Notes: generated by a model not told the origin, from the sequence alone. Shown: positions 8,120 through 17,688, counted from the first letter of the stretch. The stretch is 64,000 nucleotides of DNA from Terriglobales bacterium (GCA_035487355.1 DATHMF010000106.1:37173-101172), one strand, 5' to 3'. Made by a program: numbers and translations.

Positions 8120-10687
8120 ATGGTCATGACCAGGGTTGGTACTATCGCTAGATTCGGCTGGGCGGCTGTGCTTATGGCGGCCATGGCAGCCGCACAGACA
8201 GCGTCTGTGCCCCAGATTGCATTCGAAACCACATCCCAAGCCGTGCCCCAGCCGGCCAATACTACTTCTACTTCGCCCGAGATGGCCCTCTACCGCCAGT
8301 TGCGTAGTGTCGCCCTAGATGGCAAAAAAGTCTTTCATATTCGCGATGCTGACCTGGACCGTGAAGATATTCATATCTCCCTGACCGAAGGCACTATTGC
8401 CTTCACCCAGGAGGTGGATGGCCACGTGACCGGGGCGTTTTTTGAGGGCGAGGGCGAGATGCTGCTGGTTCCACCTAGCCAGGCAGAGCGCGCCTCGCTC
8501 GCCTTGTTTACCCATGCCGCTGTTCTGGAAGAAAAATTTTCTACTGCGTATTTCCGCTTCAACGATGCTACTTATGACGAATTGCGCAGCGGCCTGCGCC
8601 CTATTCCGGCCGAGGAGATGCAGGACTTCCTCACCCGATGGGATTCCCTGGCGCAAAGCATGGCTGATGCCGACGCCTTGCGCTTGCTCCTGGCGATGAC
8701 GAATACCAAGTCTGCCCGGATCTTTCATGCTCGGGTGGCGGGCTTGAGGATGGGCACGTTTGATGTGAACCTGGATACCAGCTTTATCGAGCAGATTAAT
8801 GTGGCCCAGACCAGCGATTCGGAAGACGGGACCCGCTATTACGATTTGTGGACCGCGTTCCCCATGCGTTCGGCCCGTAAAGAAGCTGAAGAAGGGCACA
8901 AAGAAGACCTGCATGGGTTCTTTGACACTCCCCACTATAAGATCAAGACGCATATTCTGCCTACGCATGAGCTCGAGTCCGAGGCCAGCTTGCAATTGCA
9001 TTCCAACCGCGAGGGATTGCGCGCACTTCCCTTTGAACTCTCGCGATTCTTGCAGCTCAAGTCGGTAGAGCTGAATGGAGCCGCCGCTGAATTTATCCAA
9101 AATGAAGCCGTTCCCGGGTCGCAGCTTGCGCGCCGGGGCAACGATATATTTGTGGTCCTGCTGCCCCACGCCTTGCACGCGGGCGAAGATGCCGAACTGA
9201 AGTTTGTTTACAGCGGTTCGGTGCTCTCTGAGGCCGGCGGCGGATTGATGTATCTGGGGGCGCGCGGCATCTGGTATCCCAATCAGGGGCCGGCCATGGC
9301 TACTTACGATATGGAGTTCCGCTATCCAACTTCCTGGACCCTGGTTGCCAGCGGCCATCGCACATCGCAGCAGAACGTCGGCGGCGAGCAGGTATCGCAA
9401 TGGGTATCGGACCGGCCTGTGCCCCTCGCGGGCTTCAATCTTGGCCAGTTTGTGAGCAGCTCAACTCACGTGGGGGCAACTCTGGTGGAAACCTATGCGG
9501 CCCGTGGCGTGGAGGAGCGTCTGCAGCACGCGCTTACCACGCACCAGGATGTGGAGCACGTAGATCCCCGCACCAAAAAAATTGTCGTCGAATCTTTGAC
9601 TTCAATTCCAATTCTCAACCCTTCGGAGCAGGTCAAACCCCTGACCGAGCGTGCCGCCGAGACCATCAATTTCATCTCTTCGCGCCTTGGTCCCTTTCCA
9701 TTCCCATCCCTCGCGCTGACCCAGGTGCCGGGGAGCAGCAGCCAGGGCTGGCCGGGATTGGTTTATCTTTCCAGCTATGCATTTCTGGGTCCTGCCGTGT
9801 GGGACCAATCTCTGGCGCGCTCCAGCGAATTCAATCACATCATGTACGACAAATTAATGCCCGCCCATGAAATCGCGCATCAATGGTGGGGCGACAAAGT
9901 TCTCTGGGAAACCTACCGCGATGAATGGATGATGGAAGCCCTCGCCAACTATTTCGCCCTGCTGGAGCTGCAGTCAACCAGTCCGGAAAAATTTAAAGTC
10001 GCGATGGAAGCCTACCGCCGTATGCTGCTGGAAAAAAACAAAGAAGGAATGGAATACAAAGATGCCGGAGCGGTAACTCTGGGCGTTCGGCTGGCGTCGT
10101 CCAAATTTCCCGATGGCTACGATAAAGTGCTCTACGGACGCGGCACCTGGCTCATTCACATGTTGCGCATGATGCTGCGCGAGTCTGCCGCGCGCCAGCC
10201 CGGACGGACCAAAGCAGGCGCAGCCTCTTCTGCTGCCACCGGCGATGAACTCTTCTTCCAGGTTATGCGCAATCTTCAACAGCAATATGCCAGCTCCAGG
10301 TTTTCCACCCAGGACCTTCAGAGCGGCTTTGAAAAAGTAATGCCCGACAATCTCTCTTACGAGAACAAAAAATCGCTCGACTGGTTCTTTTCCAACTGGG
10401 TCAACGGTACAGCCATTCCCAAATTAGAGGCGACAGAGGTCCGCATAACGCGCAAAGCCAATGGCAGCGGCGTTGTGGTGACCGGAACGCTGTTGCAGAG
10501 CGAGACCCCGAAGGACTTCGTGACCTCGGTGCCGATCTATGGCGCCTTCGCCGCCGCCAATCAGGAGCCGGTTTTCCTGGGACGCGTCTTCGCCGATGGC
10601 GAGGAAAGCAACTTCCGCTTCGAAGCCCCGGCGGATGTCACCCACGTGCTGGTTGATCCATACCAGAGCGTGCTGCGGCGGCCGTAA
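8120..10687 (+). CDS. Secreted M1-family (gluzincin) aminopeptidase-like metallopeptidase
   Basis: Signal-like N-terminus (AAVLMAAMAAAQTAS). The motif HEIAHQWWGDKVLWETYRDEWMMEALANYF matches HExxH-x18-E. Confidence 0.85.
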   Translation: MVMTRVGTIARFGWAAVLMAAMAAAQTASVPQIAFETTSQAVPQPANTTSTSPEMALYRQLRSVALDGKKVFHIRDADLDREDIHISLTEGTIAFTQEVDGHVTGAFFEGEGEMLLVPPSQAERASLALFTHAAVLEEKFSTAYFRFNDATYDELRSGLRPIPAEEMQDFLTRWDSLAQSMADADALRLLLAMTNTKSARIFHARVAGLRMGTFDVNLDTSFIEQINVAQTSDSEDGTRYYDLWTAFPMRSARKEAEEGHKEDLHGFFDTPHYKIKTHILPTHELESEASLQLHSNREGLRALPFELSRFLQLKSVELNGAAAEFIQNEAVPGSQLARRGNDIFVVLLPHALHAGEDAELKFVYSGSVLSEAGGGLMYLGARGIWYPNQGPAMATYDMEFRYPTSWTLVASGHRTSQQNVGGEQVSQWVSDRPVPLAGFNLGQFVSSSTHVGATLVETYAARGVEERLQHALTTHQDVEHVDPRTKKIVVESLTSIPILNPSEQVKPLTERAAETINFISSRLGPFPFPSLALTQVPGSSSQGWPGLVYLSSYAFLGPAVWDQSLARSSEFNHIMYDKLMPAHEIAHQWWGDKVLWETYRDEWMMEALANYFALLELQSTSPEKFKVAMEAYRRMLLEKNKEGMEYKDAGAVTLGVRLASSKFPDGYDKVLYGRGTWLIHMLRMMLRESAARQPGRTKAGAASSAATGDELFFQVMRNLQQQYASSRFSTQDLQSGFEKVMPDNLSYENKKSLDWFFSNWVNGTAIPKLEATEVRITRKANGSGVVVTGTLLQSETPKDFVTSVPIYGAFAAANQEPVFLGRVFADGEESNFRFEAPADVTHVLVDPYQSVLRRP

Positions 10688-10709
10688 ACCTAAGCCGCTC
10701 GGTTTTCTT

Positions 10710-10823
10710 GTCATTCCGACGCGGAGCGGAGGAATCCCTATTGCGCCGAAAACCTTTAAGCTCTGCTCTCTTAAACTCTTGAAGACTATAGGGATTCCTC
10801 GTCGCTGCGCTCCTCGGAATGAC
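10710..10823. repeat. Inverted pair of GTCATTCCGA...GAGGAATCCCTA repeat units (REP/MITE-like), likely also acting as a terminator
   Basis: The left unit (10710-10740) is GTCATTCCGACGCGGAGCGGAGGAATCCCTA. The reverse complement of the right unit (10789-10823) is GTCATTCCGAGGAGCGCAGCGACGAGGAATCCCTA. The pair starts 23 nt after the M1 peptidase stop. Confidence 0.75.
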
Positions 10824-10954
10824 AATTGAATCATCAAGACAAAAACTAACCGCTCTAACCCCGAAATGAAGCCTGACCGCCTATGAATAACCAACCCTCG
10901 CAGGCACTCCGGCATCTAATTTCTCACTTCAAAAATCAGGGCAGGAGGCGGACT

Positions 10955-12022
10955 ATGCGCAAGATGGCGATCACCTCGGTCATCGTGGCATTGGCATTAG
11001 CCAACCCCAGCTTGCCTGGGGCAGCTTCTCCCCAGAGCGATAACACCCAAGACAAAGACACCACCCTTCACAGTCAGGTTGACCTGGTTTCCGTTTACTT
11101 CACGGTTCGCGATGAGAAGAAGCATCTGGCCGGCGAGCTTGGGCAAGATCACTTCCGCGTGTTTGAAGACGGCCGGGAGCAGCCCATCAAGTTCTTTGCC
11201 AACCACAGCGATGTCGTGCTCAACGTCGGCATGCTGCTCGATACCGGAACCAACATGGCATGGATGCTGAACGAAGAAGCCGACGCTTCTACCATGTTCC
11301 TGAAGCGTGTGGTCAGGCCGAATGACCTGGGATTCGTGGTGAGCTACCACGCGCGGGTAGATACCATCCAGTTGCCAACCTCCGACACTGCGTTACTGCA
11401 GGAAAAAATTAACGACATCCGCCGCGAGGGCAGCGCGGTCGGAATCCCCGATGAAACGCCGCCTCCGTCGATGCCGTTGCCCAATCCTACCGGCCCCCTG
11501 GGACAGCGCTACGATGAGCGCCGCGAAGCCCACCTCTACGATGCCATCTATGCCTCGACCAACCGCTTCCTGGCGAGAGAAGTTGGACGCAAGGCCGTAG
11601 TCATCGTGGCGCTCTCCGATGATTCCAAGAGCGAAACCACGCTCGAAGAAGCACTGGAAAGATTGCTGCAAAACGACGTGATTGCCTACGTGCTGCAGAT
11701 TTATGATCCGCCGCGCGAATCCAGCCGCTTTGATCACTGCGACGTGCGCCATACCTACGAGAAAGACAAGTACGGAGATTACATGCTGAAGAAGCTGGCC
11801 GAAGCCACCGGCGGACGCATGCTCGAAGTGCACGGCATTGATAAGTTGGAAACCGCGCTCGACGAAATCGCGCAAGAGCTGCACCAGCAATACAGCCTGG
11901 GCTACTACCCGGCCAACCCCACCAAGGACGGGAAATTCCGCAAGATACAGATCACCGCCCAGGACCACGGCTATCGCGTCTTCGCCCGCAAAGGCTATTA
12001 CGCGCATCAGCCGGAGCACTGA
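10955..12022 (+). CDS. VWA domain protein of the VWFA-related acidobacterial type (TIGR03436-like)
   Basis: ATG at 10955 is preceded by AGGAGG with a 6-nt spacer, and a signal peptide follows (MRKMAITSVIVALALANPSLPGAAS). VDLVSVYFTVRDEKKHLAGELGQDHFRVFEDGREQPIKFF and the C-terminal QQYSLGYYPANPTKDGKFRKIQI are hallmark segments as I recall the family. Confidence 0.8.
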   Translation: MRKMAITSVIVALALANPSLPGAASPQSDNTQDKDTTLHSQVDLVSVYFTVRDEKKHLAGELGQDHFRVFEDGREQPIKFFANHSDVVLNVGMLLDTGTNMAWMLNEEADASTMFLKRVVRPNDLGFVVSYHARVDTIQLPTSDTALLQEKINDIRREGSAVGIPDETPPPSMPLPNPTGPLGQRYDERREAHLYDAIYASTNRFLAREVGRKAVVIVALSDDSKSETTLEEALERLLQNDVIAYVLQIYDPPRESSRFDHCDVRHTYEKDKYGDYMLKKLAEATGGRMLEVHGIDKLETALDEIAQELHQQYSLGYYPANPTKDGKFRKIQITAQDHGYRVFARKGYYAHQPEH

Positions 12023-12085
12023 GGTCTGCAAAAAAAACTCGCGGTGGTGTAAGACGATCAGGACACGATGATCCCCGCCTTATGA

Positions 12086-12190
12086 GTGTCATCCTGAGCG
12101 GAGTCCGAGCGACGTAGGAGCGAGGAAGGAGTCGAAGGACCCCGAGAATCTATCACTCACCATGTGGTGTCAAGGCATTCTTACGAGTGC
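12086..12190 (+). repeat. Interspersed repeat, GTGTCATCCTGAGCGG...GTCGAAGGACCCCGAG family, with an AAGGCATTCT tail
   Basis: It shares both termini and the tail motif with the copy at 13338-13424 in the same orientation. A shorter reverse copy lies at 3818-3850. Confidence 0.75.
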
Positions 12191-12308
12191 GCTCACATCT
12201 TCATTTCCGCAACCTCCCAAAGCGTGCTCTCCACGGTACTCCGACCTAACATTGTCACTCCGAAGCTCATTCCACCTGTGATACGATAATCTTCCTCTGG
12301 AGCCCAAA

Positions 12309-12530
12309 ATGGAAAACCGATGCGAATGTTACCGCGCCATGGGGGACGCAACCGGGGAAAAAGCAATCGTGTGTAATGCGCCGGGAGAGTATTGTCCGAC
12401 GTGCGGCATGACCGTCTGTGCCGAATGCCACCCTGACATAGCCACCAGTGATTGCGTGACTGCCGCCAAGAAATCGCCGGCCCGCGCAGGCAACACCTTG
12501 AAGCAACCAGCCAAACGCTGGCAGGCTTAG
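12309..12530 (+). CDS. Small cysteine-rich protein (73 aa), possibly zinc-ribbon-like
   Basis: GGAG lies 6 nt upstream of the ATG. The sequence is MENRCECYRAMGDATGEKAIVCNAPGEYCPTCGMTVCAECHPDIATSDC..., with a CxxC-x4-CxxC core and a basic tail. It ends 30 nt before the DUF72 gene. Three overlapping antisense ORFs make the coding call uncertain. Confidence 0.4.
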   Translation: MENRCECYRAMGDATGEKAIVCNAPGEYCPTCGMTVCAECHPDIATSDCVTAAKKSPARAGNTLKQPAKRWQA

Positions 12531-12560
12531 GAAACAACAACCGGGGCGGCTGCGATCCAT

Positions 12561-13277
12561 ATGGCTGGGAAACTTTACGCAGGCACCTCAGGATGGACGT
12601 ACCCTAGCTGGAAGCCGAAGTTCTATCCCGCCAAACTGGCCGCCGCAAAATTTCTTCAGTACTACGCAACCCGCCTCAACACCGTCGAAGTCAATTACAC
12701 CTTCCGTCACTATGCCAGTGAAAAGACCCAGAACAACTGGCTCAGTGTCATCCCGCCAGAATTCAAGTTTTCCATCAAAGCCCACCAGAACATAACCCAC
12801 CTCAAACGCCTGCGTGACGCCACCGAACTCGCACAGGGCTTTTTAAACTCGTTGCAACCGCTGACCGAAGCCGGCAGAGTGGGTATGGTCCTGTTTCAGC
12901 TCCCGCCGTTTCTGAAAGCCGACGCCGGACTGCTGGAAGAGTTTCTGACCGGCCTGCCCAAATCGGGACGCCTCAGCTTCGAGTTCCGCCACGCTTCCTG
13001 GTTCGCCGACCCGATCTACACCTTGCTGCAAAAATTTAACGCCGCCCTGTGCATAGCAGAAAGCGAAAAACTCGAAACCCCCGACGTTGCCACCGCCGAT
13101 TTCTGCTATTACCGCCTGCGCAAGGGCGAATACTCCAAAAAAGAACGCGAGAAGCAGTCCGAGCAATTCAGCCGGCACCTGGGAAAAAACCGCGACGTCT
13201 TCGTGTACTTCAAACATGAAGAGACCCCCGACGGCGCGCTCTACGCTGAAGAGCTGCTGGCGCAGTATAAGAGCTAA
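12561..13277 (+). CDS. DUF72 (YecE-like) family protein
   Basis: The N-terminus YAGTSGWTYPSWKPKFYP and the later FEFRHASWF...VFVYFKHE are typical of DUF72. Confidence 0.85.
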   Translation: MAGKLYAGTSGWTYPSWKPKFYPAKLAAAKFLQYYATRLNTVEVNYTFRHYASEKTQNNWLSVIPPEFKFSIKAHQNITHLKRLRDATELAQGFLNSLQPLTEAGRVGMVLFQLPPFLKADAGLLEEFLTGLPKSGRLSFEFRHASWFADPIYTLLQKFNAALCIAESEKLETPDVATADFCYYRLRKGEYSKKEREKQSEQFSRHLGKNRDVFVYFKHEETPDGALYAEELLAQYKS

Positions 13278-13337
13278 GACCTGCTGTCATTTCTTTTTTA
13301 GCGTGTCGTCTTTAGGGCTCGTCCATCCTCTTTAGGC

Positions 13338-13424
13338 GTGTCATCCTGAGCGGAGCCGCGCTTCGCGGCGAAGTCGAAGGACCCCGAGGGTATGTGGGTC
13401 GCCCATGCAGCCGAAAGGCATTCT
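13338..13424 (+). repeat. Second same-orientation copy of the GTGTCATCCTGAGCGG...GTCGAAGGACCCCGAG repeat
   Basis: The copy reads GTGTCATCCTGAGCGGAGCCGCGCTTCGCGGCGAAGTCGAAGGACCCCGAG, followed by a tail ending AAAGGCATTCT. Compare the copy at 12086-12190. Confidence 0.75.
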
Positions 13425-14231
13425 CTCGAAGCGCTCCGCTGGCGCTGCGCGTTGGCCTGCGGCAGCAAGGAATTGGTTTTCGATTGATCTGTATCTCACG
13501 TAGGGGGTACTTGCTGAGTAGTCCCGTTTCAATGTTAAGCCATTGAAAGTAAATGAAATGCAACGAAATACAATCACACTAGCAGGTAGTTCAATAGTCA
13601 ATTGCCAGAAAAAGCAGTGCGAAATCAGTCGGTTTCATCCGCAAGTGCATCCACCGGGCAACGAATTTTCAAAGAACGGATTTGTTCTAAGGGCTTCGCG
13701 GTAACCGCTCTGCTCTTCGCGCGCCTCAGCGCTTACCTATGATAGCCGTCAATTCCTCGAAAACGAACGGTTTGATACCCCTTTGATATCACTTCTCAGC
13801 AAGGCAGCAGTAAGCCATGTGAAATCAAAACCCATACACGCGCCTGGAGCTGTCCCGACCCGGCTTGCCGTGGAGAACTTGGAGCTGCGCCGATGGTACC
13901 ACTGTGATATCAAACTCTCGATTTCCCTGGAGTTGTGGCCTATCATTCTCCTGGCATTCAAGAATGCTGGGGGAGACCCCTGTCTTTGAAAACTGAATAT
14001 TCCGCCCGAGAATGACGCAGATATCCCTTGTTCTCGCTGCCAAACCATTAACTAATGAGTACCTATTTTGGACTACTGAGCACATTATTGCTAGTGGTGG
14101 TCAGTGGCAGTTTATGTCGTTTGCTTGCAATGACTTAACACGGCATGGACTACTCTAAGTAGTGGGGGAGGGGGGCACGAATTACAACGCGGGCCAAATA
14201 TTACCAGAAAGGCAACAAGGCCAAACCAAAT

Positions 14232-16754
14232 CTAACTTCTTCCCTGCGTCCGCAGCACAGGTTCGAGCTTAGCCAGCGCATCTTCGAGTCCTTGCTTCAG
14301 GGTGAGCACCGGGGCAAAGAGGTCGCCTACCCGCGAAAAACGCTCGATGGCGTTTCCGATATGGAATTGAGCGGGCGTGAGGTCTCTGGTGAGTTCCGTC
14401 CAGGCCAGCGGCGTGGCTACTGGAGCGCCGGGATAGGCGCGCAGCACATAGGGTGCCGCGATGTTCTTCCACGATGAGATCTGAAGATAGTCAAAGTACA
14501 CCTTGCCTCTCTCGCGCTTGGAGACCGTCCTTGGCGTGGTGAACAGGTCTGTCCTCTCATGCGCCACCAGGCGGGCGAGGATCTCGGCGAAGGTCCGCAC
14601 CTGGTCGTAGGTATAGCGCGGCTCAAGCGGGACGTAGATGTGCAGACCGTCTCCGCCGGTGGTCTTGGGGAAACCTTGCAGGCCAAAAATATCGAGCTTC
14701 TGCCGTACCAGGAGCGCGGCTTCAACGATGCGGTCGAAGCCGCAATGGACGGGGTCAAGATCAATCAGCATGAAATCGGGGTTGTCGAGTGAAGTAATCC
14801 GGCTCATGAATGGGTTCTGGTCGATGCAGCCCAGATTGGCGAGGTAGAGCAGGCTTCGCCGGTCGTTGGCGACTACATAGTTTATGGGGTCAGAATCAGG
14901 CTCTGACGATATGGGCACGGTCAGCAGCCAGGAAGGAAAGCTGGGGGGAGCGTCTTTCTGGAAGAAATATTTTCCCTCGATCCCATTGGGATAGCGCTTC
15001 AATGAGAGCGCCCGGTCGTGCAGATGCGGAAGAATAAGGTCTGCGACGGCGTCGTAGTAATTAATCACGTCGCGCTTGGTGTATCCCTCTTTGGGATAGA
15101 AGACTTTGTTCAGGTTGGTGAACTTGAGGCTCTTGCCTTCGATGTTAAGCATGACTTCGGCGACCTTGGGCGGCAAGAGCCTGCGCTGCACTGGAGCTGT
15201 AACGGAGTCGTCACCAGCAATGGCTTGGGGTTCCTGCTCGCGAACGCAGTCGCGAGGATCAATATCGTTGCGCAGGCCGACAAAAACCGGCGCGCGCAGC
15301 CGGCCGTCGTTGGTCCATGAGCCGAAGCGCACGGCGCAGACCAGTTCGGGCGAGACCCACGTGGTTTCGCCGATGATCTTCGGTTCTTCCCCAAATGGGC
15401 ATGATTTGATGATGAGCGGCTGCAGCAGCTCATAGGTCTGCTTGAGAAGCTGCTGGTCAAACCCGGAGCCGGCATTGCCCACGTAAACCAGCTTGTTTTT
15501 GTCATAGACTCCGAGCGCGAGCGAGCCAAAGTACTCGCGCTCTCCGCTGGTCATGCCGCAGATGACAAAATCCTGTTGGGTGACGAGTTTGATTTTGAGC
15601 CAGGTGTTGCTGCGTTTGGATTCATAGCGGCTGGCGGCGTGCTTGGCGACAATACCTTCCAGCTCATGCTCCCGGGCGAATTGCAACAGAGGTTTGCCGT
15701 TGCCGGCATAGTGCTCGGAGTAGCGCACGGTCGCGTTGGGACGAATGATGGTCTGCAGGATGCGCTTGCGTTCGGCGAGCGGCGAGTTGCGCAGGTCGTA
15801 TCCGTTGAAATAGAGCAGGTCGAAGACAAAGTAATTGACCGGCCGGCTCTTGGCCAGTTGAGCGACCGCGCTGGCGACCGAGCCGATGCGCGGCTGCAGC
15901 AGGGCAAAGCTGGGATGCCCCTGGCTATCGAGCGCGACGACTTCGCCATCGAGAATCGCGGTCTGGGCGGCAACGTGCTTCTGCATTCCCGCGAGTTCAG
16001 GATATTGCCTTTCGATGCTGGTACTTTTTCGCGAGGTCATTCGAACGGCGTCAGGGGTGAGAAAAGCTACGGCGCGGACCCCATCCCACTTAAGCTCAAA
16101 AAGCCAGTCTGGCCCCTGCGGCAAATGGGTCTCTGGGGTAGCCAGCATAGGAATAATTTCATCCGGCATTTCGGAGCTCGCCGCTCCGGGGATCGCCGCC
16201 GGGTCTATGGTTGCGGCTACCACGCTGCTGATGTCGTCTTCGGCGTTCCATCCGGGTTTGGCGGCAAAGTCTTTTTTCTTGAGCAGCAGCCATTCGTTGC
16301 CCTTGCCCCGGTTTTTCATGCGGACAAGCCCAAACAAGCCCATAAGCTTGTGGCCGTGGAGCTGGAACTTAAGGTCTCCGCGATCCATTTGCTGCTCGAA
16401 AGATTCGTCGCCGACCAGCTCGTAAGTCCCACAGTCCCAGACAGTTACGCTGCCCGCGCCATAGTTGCCCTCGGGGATTGTGCCCTCAAAGTTGCCGTAG
16501 TCTATGGGGTGGTCTTCCACCAGCACAGCCAGGCGCTTTTCACCGGGGTCGAGCGTAGGCCCTTTCGGCACCGCCCAGGACTTCAGCGCTCCACCGGCTT
16601 CGAGGCGCAAGTCATAGTGGAGCCGCCGGGCGCTGTGGCGCTGAATAAAGAACCGCGCCCCCTGGGATGCGGCTGGTTTAGGCGGGGGCTCCGGGGTCTT
16701 TTCAAAGGACCGTTTTCGACGGTATTCATCTAGTGTCATGCGATTGAAATGCAT
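14232..16754 (-). CDS. ligD: Multidomain ATP-dependent DNA ligase LigD (phosphoesterase - ligase - polymerase/primase)
   Basis: The N-terminal PE domain is seen as FFIQRHSARRLHYDLRLE. Ligase motif I is ELKWDGVRA. The C-terminal LigD polymerase domain shows PNGIEGKYFFQKD, MLIDLDP and GGDGLHIYVPL. The alternative start MTLDEY lies at 16739. Confidence 0.92.
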   Translation of the reverse strand: MHFNRMTLDEYRRKRSFEKTPEPPPKPAASQGARFFIQRHSARRLHYDLRLEAGGALKSWAVPKGPTLDPGEKRLAVLVEDHPIDYGNFEGTIPEGNYGAGSVTVWDCGTYELVGDESFEQQMDRGDLKFQLHGHKLMGLFGLVRMKNRGKGNEWLLLKKKDFAAKPGWNAEDDISSVVAATIDPAAIPGAASSEMPDEIIPMLATPETHLPQGPDWLFELKWDGVRAVAFLTPDAVRMTSRKSTSIERQYPELAGMQKHVAAQTAILDGEVVALDSQGHPSFALLQPRIGSVASAVAQLAKSRPVNYFVFDLLYFNGYDLRNSPLAERKRILQTIIRPNATVRYSEHYAGNGKPLLQFAREHELEGIVAKHAASRYESKRSNTWLKIKLVTQQDFVICGMTSGEREYFGSLALGVYDKNKLVYVGNAGSGFDQQLLKQTYELLQPLIIKSCPFGEEPKIIGETTWVSPELVCAVRFGSWTNDGRLRAPVFVGLRNDIDPRDCVREQEPQAIAGDDSVTAPVQRRLLPPKVAEVMLNIEGKSLKFTNLNKVFYPKEGYTKRDVINYYDAVADLILPHLHDRALSLKRYPNGIEGKYFFQKDAPPSFPSWLLTVPISSEPDSDPINYVVANDRRSLLYLANLGCIDQNPFMSRITSLDNPDFMLIDLDPVHCGFDRIVEAALLVRQKLDIFGLQGFPKTTGGDGLHIYVPLEPRYTYDQVRTFAEILARLVAHERTDLFTTPRTVSKRERGKVYFDYLQISSWKNIAAPYVLRAYPGAPVATPLAWTELTRDLTPAQFHIGNAIERFSRVGDLFAPVLTLKQGLEDALAKLEPVLRTQGRS

Positions 16755-16818
16755 CTATTAACTGATGTAGCCTATTTATCCCCCGCCCTGAAGGCCCTGA
16801 TTTAGGAGGTTTTACAAC

Positions 16819-17682
16819 ATGGCATCCACGGTATGGAAAGGACACCTTACCTTCGGGCTGGTGTCGCTTCCCGTAAAATTGTACAGCGCTGCCCGCAGTG
16901 AAACCGTAAGTTTTAACCAGCTCCACAAAAGCGACCACTCCCGCGTCAAACAGGTCCTGTATTGCCAGGTGGAAGACAAGCCTGTACCGCGCACCGAATT
17001 GGTGAAGGGCTACGAGTACGAGAAAGACAAGTACGTGGTCATTGACGAAGAAGATATCAAGAAGGTTGCTCCGAAGACCGCCAAGACCATGGAGATCCTG
17101 GAATTCGTCAAAGAACAAGAGGTCGATCCTGTCTTCTTCGAGAGCTCTTATTACCTCGCGCCCGATGAAGCCGGCGAGAAGCCTTACGCCCTGTTGTTTG
17201 AAGCGCTGCGCCGCTCCGGTTACATAGCCCTGGCCAAGATTGCCATGCACAACCGCGAGCACATCGTCATGCTGAGACCGGGAAAATACGGGATCCTGAT
17301 GCACACCATGTATTACAAAGATGAAGTGCGGCAGACGGAAGAGTTCCGCACCGACATTTCGCTGGTGAAAGACAAAGAGCTCGAACTGGCTACTTCGCTC
17401 ATTGATTCACTCACCGCAAGTTTTGAGCCGGAGAAATACAAGGACACCTACCGCGAAAATCTGAAAGGCCTGATTGCCGCCAAGGTCGCCGGCAAGGAAA
17501 CCGTTGAAGCTCCCGCCCCGCAACACCTGGCGCCGGTGGTGGATATTTTAGAGGCACTCAAGATGAGCATTGCCGAAGCCAAGAAACCAGTGCGATCGGC
17601 AAGCGGACGGACGGCGCCGGTGGAGATGCCTCAAGCCGAGGCTGGTTCCAAAAAAGGAAAGAAGACGCCGGCAGTCGGCTGA
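16819..17682 (+). CDS. ku: Ku DNA end-binding protein (NHEJ)
   Basis: AGGAGG lies 9 nt upstream of the ATG. The N-terminus STVWKGHLTFGLVSLPVKLYSA is canonical bacterial Ku, and the tail is Lys-rich. The gene is divergent from ligD. Confidence 0.92.
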   Translation: MASTVWKGHLTFGLVSLPVKLYSAARSETVSFNQLHKSDHSRVKQVLYCQVEDKPVPRTELVKGYEYEKDKYVVIDEEDIKKVAPKTAKTMEILEFVKEQEVDPVFFESSYYLAPDEAGEKPYALLFEALRRSGYIALAKIAMHNREHIVMLRPGKYGILMHTMYYKDEVRQTEEFRTDISLVKDKELELATSLIDSLTASFEPEKYKDTYRENLKGLIAAKVAGKETVEAPAPQHLAPVVDILEALKMSIAEAKKPVRSASGRTAPVEMPQAEAGSKKGKKTPAVG

Positions 17683-17688
17683 TCGAAT

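Noticed and set aside
12193-12560. Three overlapping minus-strand ORFs (97-115 aa) lie opposite the Cys-rich small ORF.
   Set aside because: They overlap one another in different frames, have no motifs, are Arg/Cys/Trp-rich, and run into the repeat element at 12086-12190. I judged them less plausible than the plus-strand ORF, which has an SD. Neither strand is proven coding.
13749-14085. Possible remnant of a tyrosine recombinase. Minus-strand fragments read ...FSKTGVSP... and ...RRMIGHNSREIESLISQWYH..., which resemble KTG and LGH.s...Y.H integrase boxes.
   Set aside because: The two boxes would be only about 15 residues apart, whereas real integrases have about 100 residues between them. 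They also lie in different frames and no other integrase motifs are present. This is most likely chance resemblance.
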